From assembly GCF_000012345.1 (NCBI RefSeq), contig NC_007205.1:600001-632000 (forward strand): a DNA stretch of 32,000 bases, written 5' to 3'. Source of the stretch: Candidatus Pelagibacter ubique HTCC1062 (GTDB lineage: Bacteria; Pseudomonadota; Alphaproteobacteria; Pelagibacterales; Pelagibacteraceae). Positions 25,822-32,000 of this stretch are shown piece after piece. The position numbers and the translations under genes were made by a program. Position 1 is the stretch's first letter. Each line of letters starts with the position of its first letter. The notes beneath the pieces were generated by a model that saw only the letters and a list, made by a program, of their open reading frames with translations, had not been told where the DNA came from and did no database searches.

Positions 25822-26973
25822 ATGACTAAAAACAACCTAAAAGTAGTTAAATCTACAAAAGCGCAACAATCAGAAGGCAACGAAAAAAACAAAGCTTTGG
25901 ACGCGGCAATGAGCCAAATTATCGATAATTTTGGAAAAGGATCAGTAATGAAACTTGGCCAAAGAAGAGCGATGGACGTCGAGTCTATTTCAACTGGATC
26001 ATTAAGTTTAGATGTAGCGCTTGGAATAGGTGGTTTACCAAAAGGAAGAGTTATTGAAGTCTATGGACCAGAATCATCTGGTAAAACAACTTTAGCATTG
26101 CAAGTATTAGCAGAAGCCCAAAAAGCTGGAGGAATTTGTGCGTTTATAGATGCAGAGCATGCCTTAGATCCAATTTATGCAAAAAAACTTGGTGTAGATA
26201 CTGAAGAATTATTAATTTCACAACCTGATACTGGCGAACAAGCTTTAGAAATAGCTGATACTTTAGTTAAATCAGGATCGATTTCTGTTATCGTAATTGA
26301 CTCTGTTGCAGCACTAACACCTAGAGCTGAAATTGAAGGAGAAATGGGAGATCACCATGTAGGACTTCAATCAAGATTAATGAGTCAGGCTTTAAGAAAA
26401 CTAACAGGTTCAATCTCAAGCACGAACACAATGATGATTTTTATTAACCAAATTAGAATGAAAATTGGGGTTATGTTTGGAAGTCCAGAGACTACATCTG
26501 GTGGAAATGCACTTAAGTTTTATTCATCTGTTAGAATGGACATTAGAAGAATTGGTGCCATTAAAAATGGAGATGAAATTATTGGTAATTCAACAAGAGT
26601 TAAAGTGGTTAAAAATAAAGTAGCACCACCATTTAAAGTTGTTGAATTTGACCTAATGTACGGCAAAGGTATTAGTAAAGTGGGTGAATTAGTTGACCTT
26701 GGTTCAAAAGCTGACATTGTTGAAAAAGCTGGAGCCTGGTATGCTTATAAAGGTGAAAAAATTGGCCAAGGAAGAGAAAATGCTAAAACTTATTTAGAGC
26801 AAAATCCTAAAATTGCAGCAGAAATTGAAATGGCAATTAGAGAAAAGGCTGGAGTGATAGCAAAAAAAATTGAAGGTAATCCACTAGATCCAGAAAAAGC
26901 AGCAAAAGATCAAATAGAGGAGCCTAAACTGGAAACAAAGGAAGAAGTAACACCTCCATCTAAAAAGAATTAG
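25822..26973 (+). CDS. recA: recombinase A
   Basis: 383 aa with Walker [10 protein letters not shown], the L1/L2 regions, [28 protein letters not shown] and a charged C-terminal tail. Confidence 0.98.
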   Translation: MTKNNLKVVKSTKAQQSEGNEKNKALDAAMSQIIDNFGKGSVMKLGQRRAMDVESISTGSLSLDVALGIGGLPKGRVIEVYGPESSGKTTLALQVLAEAQKAGGICAFIDAEHALDPIYAKKLGVDTEELLISQPDTGEQALEIADTLVKSGSISVIVIDSVAALTPRAEIEGEMGDHHVGLQSRLMSQALRKLTGSISSTNTMMIFINQIRMKIGVMFGSPETTSGGNALKFYSSVRMDIRRIGAIKNGDEIIGNSTRVKVVKNKVAPPFKVVEFDLMYGKGISKVGELVDLGSKADIVEKAGAWYAYKGEKIGQGRENAKTYLEQNPKIAAEIEMAIREKAGVIAKKIEGNPLDPEKAAKDQIEEPKLETKEEVTPPSKKN

Positions 26974-26994
26974 TTAAAGTCATCTTTAATTATT

Positions 26995-27023
26995 AAAAGG
27001 CGCTTAATTTAAGCGCCTTTTTT
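26995..27023. terminator. Rho-independent terminator after recA, plausibly bidirectional (also closes the convergent protease gene)
   Basis: AAAA-GGCGCTT-aattt-AAGCGCC-TTTTTT. The stem is flanked by an A-tract and a T-tract, so a hairpin plus U-run forms on both strands. Confidence 0.8.
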
Positions 27024-27026
27024 CCC
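27005..27026 (+). repeat. direct repeat T, copy 1 (3' half of the recA terminator)
   Basis: TAATTTAAGCGCCTTTTTTCCC is identical over 22/22 nt to 28474-28495. Weaker similarity continues about 15 nt further (..ACT.TT.TCTAG). Confidence 0.9.
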
Positions 27027-27082
27027 AGACTGTTTCTAGGAATACCAACGCTTATTCAAACATACTCACACCAGATCTTTGC

Positions 27083-27115
27083 TTTATCTCTAAAAGTTCT
27101 AGTTATGGTTCTAGT
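27083..27115 (+). repeat. direct repeat X, copy 1
   Basis: TTTATCTCTAAAAGTTCTAGTTATGGTTCTAGT matches 28325-28357 at 31/33 nt. It contains the internal direct repeat GTTCTAGT-N4-GTTCTAGT. Confidence 0.85.
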
Positions 27116-27122
27116 CATCCTA

Positions 27123-27167
27123 TAAAATCCTATAACCCAGAACCACGATCCCTAAAAGTTTTTTCAT
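27123..27167 (-). pseudogene. 15-codon stub duplicating the 5' end of the protease gene (repeat M, copy 1)
   Basis: 27147-27167 (GATCCCTAAAAGTTTTTTCAT) is identical over 21/21 nt to 28264-28284, the protease start region. On the minus strand it reads ATG AAA AAA CTT TTA GGG ATC GTG GTT CTG GGT TAT AGG ATT TTA TAG (MKKLLGIVVLGYRIL*), beginning 1 nt after the protease stop codon. Confidence 0.6.
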
Positions 27168-27168
27168 A

Positions 27169-28284
27169 TTATTTAAATTCACTGAAGAATGCTTTTTGAT
27201 TATTGGCTTCTGCTCTCATTTTATTAATGTTAGCAACTGTCATATGACATTCTAGATAAACTGTTGCTTCTGTGATTAATTTTCCTAAATCTTTATTAGT
27301 TAATTCTTTATTGTTGGGTTGTGAAAATTTTAAGCTATTTGAGTTTGCAAAGGTTTTTAACGTTGAGGATTTAATTCCAAAGTGAACACCCTGTACACCC
27401 TCTTGAACCCATGAAGCTACTGCAATTCCCACAATATTTCCTTTTTGATTCATAATAGGTCCACCACTGTTACCTGCATTTATTGAAGCATCAGTTTGGA
27501 AGTTTGAATAATTATCCCCAGCTCCTGCAAGAGCTGTCACAACCCCTTTGTGAGTTTTAATTGCAGAACTAACTTTTTTTCCTAATGGATAACCTGCTAC
27601 AACTACATCTTCTAACAATGAAACATCTTCATTTGATATTGGAAAGATACTCGCTGGTTTAATATTTGTTTTTAGTATTGCTATATCGTTCATCTTATCA
27701 ACAGCTAATATTTGTGCATCTATTTGATTACCCTTAAAGCTAACTTTAGTTGTATTGCAGCCATCTATAACGTGATGATTGGTAATTATATGGCCCTCAC
27801 TTGAAACAAAGAATCCTGAACCTGATCCTGCAGGAACTACTTTGTTGTCATCAGGTTTTGGTTTTTGCTTTTTAGGTTCTTTCTTTTTAGGTTTTTCTGA
27901 GAAACGAACACCTTTAATAATCTCCTCTGGTTTTAAAGTTTTTTCAAATATATCCACTTCATTGTCCCAGGGATGTCTTACAAACTCAGTACCATTGAAA
28001 GAGTCTATCCAACTAGAAATTTCATATTTAAACAATAAACATCCGTCCTCTCTAATATTCTTCAATTTTGACTCTTTTTTACATTTGTCTAATGCTTTTT
28101 TTTTTGAAATTTCGAGAGACTTCCTACCCTTAAATGATGAATATATTCCATCATACACCTTCTCTGTGTTACCCTTTGATAGCTCCATATCAAAATAATT
28201 TTTATATGCTACATAATAGCTTTTTGCATAAGCATTCCCACTTAACAACAAACCTAAAACAATGATCCCTAAAAGTTTTTTCAT
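27169..28284 (-). CDS. secreted trypsin-like serine protease (S1C/DegP-like catalytic domain, no PDZ domain)
   Basis: 371 aa with signal peptide MKKLLGIIVLGLLLSGNAYA, an N-terminal ~100-aa domain with a Cys pair (ALDKCKK...EDGCLLF) and a Lys/Pro-rich linker EKPKKKEPKKQKPKPDD. The catalytic triad motifs are TNHHVIDG (His), NDIAILK (Asp) and GNSGGPIMN (Ser). Confidence 0.8.
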   Translation of the reverse strand: MKKLLGIIVLGLLLSGNAYAKSYYVAYKNYFDMELSKGNTEKVYDGIYSSFKGRKSLEISKKKALDKCKKESKLKNIREDGCLLFKYEISSWIDSFNGTEFVRHPWDNEVDIFEKTLKPEEIIKGVRFSEKPKKKEPKKQKPKPDDNKVVPAGSGSGFFVSSEGHIITNHHVIDGCNTTKVSFKGNQIDAQILAVDKMNDIAILKTNIKPASIFPISNEDVSLLEDVVVAGYPLGKKVSSAIKTHKGVVTALAGAGDNYSNFQTDASINAGNSGGPIMNQKGNIVGIAVASWVQEGVQGVHFGIKSSTLKTFANSNSLKFSQPNNKELTNKDLGKLITEATVYLECHMTVANINKMRAEANNQKAFFSEFK

Positions 28285-28324
28285 TATTAAACGTTATCAA
28301 AAGACTCGAGAATTAACCATCTGA

Positions 28325-28357
28325 TTTATCTCAAAAAGTTCTAGTTGTGGTTCTAGT
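28325..28357 (+). repeat. direct repeat X, copy 2 (upstream of the protease start)
   Basis: TTTATCTCAAAAAGTTCTAGTTGTGGTTCTAGT matches 27083-27115 at 31/33 nt. Confidence 0.85.
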
Positions 28358-28422
28358 TTATTACTTAATTTGATGAGTCTTTACGCAAATTATCTTTAAT
28401 CAATTTTTTATTATCTGCATAA

Positions 28423-28460
28423 CTAGTGTAAGCTAGTGTGAGCTAGTGTGAGGTAGTGTG
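28423..28460. repeat. 10-bp tandem repeat, about 3.8 copies
   Basis: CTAGTGTAAG CTAGTGTGAG CTAGTGTGAG GTAGTGTG, in the divergent protease/alaS spacer. Confidence 0.9.
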
Positions 28461-28473
28461 TCCCTCAAGTGCA

Positions 28474-28495
28474 TAATTTAAGCGCCTTTTTTCCC
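28474..28495 (+). repeat. direct repeat T, copy 2 (orphan terminator half without its pairing partner)
   Basis: TAATTTAAGCGCCTTTTTTCCC matches 27005-27026 at 22/22 nt. The complementary GGCGCTTAA arm is absent here, so no hairpin can form. Confidence 0.9.
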
Positions 28496-28539
28496 TACAC
28501 TTATCTAGACATCAAATAAAAAAGCTGTATTTTAATTAT

Positions 28540-31209
28540 ATGGCTGACAAAACACTAAATCAAATTAGAACAACTTTTTTAGATTATTTTGAAAAAAATG
28601 ATCACAAGATTGTTGAATCTAGTAATTTAGTTCCAAATAATGATCCGACATTAATGTTTGCAAATTCAGGAATGGTACAATTTAAAAATATATTTACTGG
28701 ATTAGAGAAAAGAGACTATGTAAGAGCAACAACTTCGCAAAAATGTGTAAGGGCAGGTGGTAAGCATAACGACCTTGAAAATGTAGGTTATACACCAAGA
28801 CACCATACATTTTTTGAAATGCTTGGAAATTTTTCATTTGGAGATTATTTTAAAGAAGAGGCAATTAGTTACGCATGGAATTTAATAACTAAAGAGTTCG
28901 GAATTGATAAAAATCGTCTCTATGTAACAGTTTATCATAACGATGAAGAAGCATTTAACTTTTGGAAGAAAATAGCTGGTTTTAGTGATGATAGAATAAT
29001 CAAGATAGCAACGTCAGATAACTTTTGGTCAATGGGTGATACAGGGCCTTGTGGACCATGTTCTGAAATATTTTATGATCACGGTGATCATCTAGAGGGT
29101 GGTTTACCTGGCACTAAAAACGAAGATGGTAATAGGTTTATAGAAATATGGAATTTAGTATTCATGCAATATGAGCAAATTTCAAAAGATAAGAGAATAA
29201 ATTTACCAAAACCATCTGTGGATACGGGTATGGGTCTTGAGAGAATAGCGGCACTATTACAGGGAACACACGATAACTACGAAACAGATCATTTTAAAAA
29301 ACTAATACTATCTGCATCTGACACATTAAACGTTAAAGTAACTGATGACAATCAATCAAGCTTTAGAGTAATAGCAGATCATTTACGAGCAAGTTCATTT
29401 TTATTAGCAGAAGGAGTTTTACCTTCTAATGAAGGAAGAGGTTATGTTCTAAGAAGAATTATGAGACGTGGAATGAGACACTCACATTTACTTGGTTCTA
29501 AAAAACCAGTTTTCTATAATATTTTTAAAACGCTTCTAGAAGAAATGTCTAATAATTATCCAGAACTTGAAAGAGCACAATCTTTAATAAAAGAAACATT
29601 AAAAACAGAAGAAGAAAAGTTTTTGGTTTTATTAGATAGAGGGATAAAAATATTAAATGAAGAGCTAGAGAAAGTAGAAAAGATATTGCCTGGTGAAGTG
29701 GCATTTAAGCTTTATGATACATTTGGTTTTCCATTAGATTTAACAGAAGATATTTTGAAAAATAAATCAATGACTGTCGATGGGGAGAAGTTTGATTTAT
29801 TAATGAAAGAAAGTAAAAAATTAGCAAAAAAAAATTGGAAAGGATCAGGGGATAGTTCGGTAGATCAAATTTGGTTTGATATAAAAGATCGTTTAGGGGC
29901 AACTGATTTTTTAGGATATTCTACAGATAAAGCAGAAGGTGTAGTCACTTTAATTCTTAAAAATAATAAAGAGGTTCAAGATCTACAAGAAAACGATGAA
30001 GGCATTATAATAACAAATCAAACACCATTTTATGGAGAGTCAGGAGGACAAGTTGCAGATACTGGAATAATCTCTAAAGAGGCTTTTGAATTTGAAGTGT
30101 CTGATGTTCAAAAAAAATTAGGAGATTTATTTGTTCATTACGGAAAAGTTAAAAGAGGTTCAGTTAAACTAAAAGACAATGTTGAATTAAAAATAGATAC
30201 ACAGAGAAGAAATAATATTAGAGCTTACCATTCTGCCACTCATTTGTTGCACGAAGCATTAAGAAGAGTTTTGGGTGAGCATGTAACCCAAAAAGGATCT
30301 TTAGTTCAATCTGATCGATTAAGATTTGATTTTAGTCATATGAAACCTATTTCAGATGAAGAGATTAGAAAAATTGAACATTATGTAAACTCAATAATTG
30401 AAAAAAAGTCAGAGGTGAAAACAAGAATAATGACACCTAAAGAAGCTGTTGAAAATGGCGCCCTAGCATTATTTGGGGAAAAATATGGTGATGAAGTTAG
30501 AGTTTTGTCTATGGGAGATGAAGAAGGTAAATTTTTCTCAACTGAATTATGTGGAGGAACTCACGTTGTAAACACAGCTGATATTGGAAAATTTAAGATT
30601 ATTAGCCAATCTTCTATTGCTGCAGGCGTAAGAAGAGTTGAAGCATTAAGAGACGCACAGTTAATTGATTTTTTAAAGGAAAAAGAAAACCAATCCAATT
30701 TGTCGGATCAAAAAAATGAGGCAGTTATAAAAGAATTAGAGACAAAGATTATTAAATTAGGAGGAAAACCTAATCTTCAAAACAAGGATCAAGTAACTTT
30801 AATAAAAGACCTTAATAGACAATTTGATCAACTTTCAGTTATCTCAATATTAAAAGATAAAGATAAAAATAAAATCAACGATCAAACCATTAATGGATTT
30901 AAAGTTAGATTTCAAAATATTATAGATTTACCATTTAAAGATTTACGTAAGCTAATTGATGAAGGCAAAAAAGAAATTGGTGAAGGGTTAGTTGTAATTT
31001 ATGCAATCAATGATAATAAAGTTGGGTTGGCTGTAGGTGTTACCAAAACATTAGAAAAAAAGTTTGATGCTGTAAAAATTGTTAGAGCTGGTTCAGAAGT
31101 TATTGGGGGTAAAGGCGGTGGTGGCAGAGCTGACTTTGCACAAGCTGGAGGAACTTTGCCTGATAAAATTGAAGAGTCTTTTGAAAATATTAAAAAACTA
31201 ATTAATTAA
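28540..31209 (+). CDS. alaS: alanine--tRNA ligase
   Basis: 889 aa with the class II core ([42 protein letters not shown]), the editing-domain HxxxH/CxxxH motifs ([13 protein letters not shown]) and a C-terminal DHHA1 domain ([16 protein letters not shown]). Confidence 0.97.
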   Translation: MADKTLNQIRTTFLDYFEKNDHKIVESSNLVPNNDPTLMFANSGMVQFKNIFTGLEKRDYVRATTSQKCVRAGGKHNDLENVGYTPRHHTFFEMLGNFSFGDYFKEEAISYAWNLITKEFGIDKNRLYVTVYHNDEEAFNFWKKIAGFSDDRIIKIATSDNFWSMGDTGPCGPCSEIFYDHGDHLEGGLPGTKNEDGNRFIEIWNLVFMQYEQISKDKRINLPKPSVDTGMGLERIAALLQGTHDNYETDHFKKLILSASDTLNVKVTDDNQSSFRVIADHLRASSFLLAEGVLPSNEGRGYVLRRIMRRGMRHSHLLGSKKPVFYNIFKTLLEEMSNNYPELERAQSLIKETLKTEEEKFLVLLDRGIKILNEELEKVEKILPGEVAFKLYDTFGFPLDLTEDILKNKSMTVDGEKFDLLMKESKKLAKKNWKGSGDSSVDQIWFDIKDRLGATDFLGYSTDKAEGVVTLILKNNKEVQDLQENDEGIIITNQTPFYGESGGQVADTGIISKEAFEFEVSDVQKKLGDLFVHYGKVKRGSVKLKDNVELKIDTQRRNNIRAYHSATHLLHEALRRVLGEHVTQKGSLVQSDRLRFDFSHMKPISDEEIRKIEHYVNSIIEKKSEVKTRIMTPKEAVENGALALFGEKYGDEVRVLSMGDEEGKFFSTELCGGTHVVNTADIGKFKIISQSSIAAGVRRVEALRDAQLIDFLKEKENQSNLSDQKNEAVIKELETKIIKLGGKPNLQNKDQVTLIKDLNRQFDQLSVISILKDKDKNKINDQTINGFKVRFQNIIDLPFKDLRKLIDEGKKEIGEGLVVIYAINDNKVGLAVGVTKTLEKKFDAVKIVRAGSEVIGGKGGGGRADFAQAGGTLPDKIEESFENIKKLIN

Positions 31210-32000
31210 GCTTTTTCTTAAGCTGACCATCTAATTCATCTAAAAATTGATTAGTCGTTAGATAATTACTTGAGGGCCCAATTAAAATTGCCAAATCTTT
31301 TGTCATTGATCCATTTTCAACACAATCAATACAAACTTTTTCTAATGTAGTTGAAAATTTAATCAAATCTTCATTACCATCTAATTTTCCTCTATGTGCC
31401 AAACCTCTAGTCCAAGCAAAAATTGAAGCAATTGGATTTGTAGAAGTCTCTTTACCTTCTTGATGCATTCTGTAGTGTCTAGTTACAGTTCCGTGAGCCG
31501 CTTCTGCTTCCATAGTTTTTCCATCTGGTGCAAGAAGAACACTTGTCATTAGCCCTAATGATCCATAACCTTGAGCCACAGTATCAGATTGAACATCTCC
31601 ATCATAATTCTTACAAGCCCAAATATATTTACCACTCCATTTCATAGCACAAGCAACCATGTCATCAATTAGTCTATGCTCATAAGTAATGTTAAGTTTA
31701 TCAAAATCAGATTTAAACTCTTTATCAAAAATATCTTGGAAGATATCTTTGAACCTACCATCATAAATTTTTAAAATAGTATTTTTAGTAGAAAGATAAA
31801 CGGGCCATTTTTTAATTATTCCATAGTTAAAGCAAGATCTTGCAAAGTCTTCTATAGATTTATCTAAATTGTACATCGATAAAGCAATTCCTGGTCCAGG
31901 AAAGTTAAAGACCTCATATTTAATTTCATCACTGCCATCTTCTGCAGTCCATTTTATTTCCATTTTACCTTTACCGGGTACTTTAAAATCTGTTGCTCTA
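31202..32000 (-). CDS. icd: NADP-dependent isocitrate dehydrogenase, eukaryotic-like (type II homodimeric); 3' part, N-terminus lies beyond the window
   Basis: The frame stays open past the ATG at 31963 to the window edge (...[17 protein letters not shown], compare human IDH1 ATDFVVPGPGKVEI). Downstream motifs include [17 protein letters not shown] and NPIASIFAW. Confidence 0.9.
   Translation of the reverse strand, partial: RATDFKVPGKGKMEIKWTAEDGSDEIKYEVFNFPGPGIALSMYNLDKSIEDFARSCFNYGIIKKWPVYLSTKNTILKIYDGRFKDIFQDIFDKEFKSDFDKLNITYEHRLIDDMVACAMKWSGKYIWACKNYDGDVQSDTVAQGYGSLGLMTSVLLAPDGKTMEAEAAHGTVTRHYRMHQEGKETSTNPIASIFAWTRGLAHRGKLDGNEDLIKFSTTLEKVCIDCVENGSMTKDLAILIGPSSNYLTTNQFLDELDGQLKKKLN

Noticed and set aside
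26520-26717. A 65-aa minus-strand ORF.
   Set aside because: It is nested antisense inside recA.
27083-27115. The X repeats (also 28325-28357) contain GTTC-TAGTTATG-GTTC and might be additional LexA boxes, making the protease SOS-regulated.
   Set aside because: The spacing is N8, not the N7 required by the alphaproteobacterial GTTC-N7-GTTC operator. This is reported only as a repeat.
27123-27167. The 15-codon ORF MKKLLGIVVLGYRIL* as a real small gene.
   Set aside because: It is a partial copy of the protease signal peptide truncated by a stop. It has no RBS and starts 1 nt after the protease stop, so it is best explained as a gene remnant.
27779-28198. A 139-aa plus-strand ORF antisense to the protease gene, long for an AT-rich genome.
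   Set aside because: It is fully nested in the protease CDS. In this antisense phase, stops arise only at Tyr/His/Gln codons preceded by particular third bases. A rough estimate predicts a few ORFs of this length per 32 kb by chance. The product is low-complexity (S/F/L-rich).
28423-28460. Short tandem repeats as a possible CRISPR array.
   Set aside because: The units are 10 bp and contiguous with no spacers, and no cas genes are present. This is a simple tandem repeat.
27005-28495. The islet as a self-mobile element (IS, integrative element or integron cassette).
   Set aside because: It has no transposase, integrase or recombinase ORF, no terminal inverted repeats and no attC-like imperfect palindrome. 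Only direct repeats are seen, so I describe it as an insertion/recombination scar, not a mobile element.
29705-29902. A 65-aa minus-strand ORF.
   Set aside because: It is nested antisense inside alaS.

Overview
This is a very AT-rich, tightly packed alphaproteobacterial window. Gene content and order resemble SAR11 / Candidatus Pelagibacter, but that is my recollection and is not verified. I support 30 protein-coding genes. No rRNA, tRNA, CRISPR, transposase or integrase is visible.

Left to right the genes are: pdxH (3' end), ispB, sppA-glyQ-glyS-ppdK (overlapping or abutting starts), nadC-nadA-ygfZ (minus strand), pyrC, SMR exporter-prpE (minus strand), and a green-tuned proteorhodopsin with its own strong RBS and terminator. 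Next come a ferredoxin / FNR / Nu-class GST / MOSC cluster, a DksA variant, and a GT-C (ArnT/PMT_2-like) + GT2 pair. These are followed by umuDC with a canonical alphaproteobacterial SOS box, a SOUL / GFA / glycerate-3-kinase-like / TolC cluster and recA. The window ends with a secreted PDZ-less trypsin-like protease, alaS and icd (3' part).

Most of the window is ordinary housekeeping DNA. The parts I would look at again are:
1. The recA-alaS spacer. The protease gene sits in a 1.47-kb islet bracketed by a perfect 22-bp direct repeat that copies half of the recA terminator. It also has two nested repeat pairs, a 15-codon stub of the protease 5' end and a 10-bp tandem repeat.
2. The unusually GC-rich 165-bp umuD/SOUL spacer, which holds an SOS box, a promoter and helically phased TGAATCA repeats.
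3. Two adjacent perfect palindromes just upstream of proteorhodopsin.
4. The ferredoxin-FNR-GST-MOSC cluster, read as a possible split YcbX/mARC-like reductive system.
5. A 2-Cys DksA with a lysine-rich tail.

Only two intrinsic terminators are visible in 32 kb, and five convergent gene pairs overlap at their 3' ends. I have no evidence here for a wholly new multi-gene system. All functional calls are motif-level recognition without database searches.
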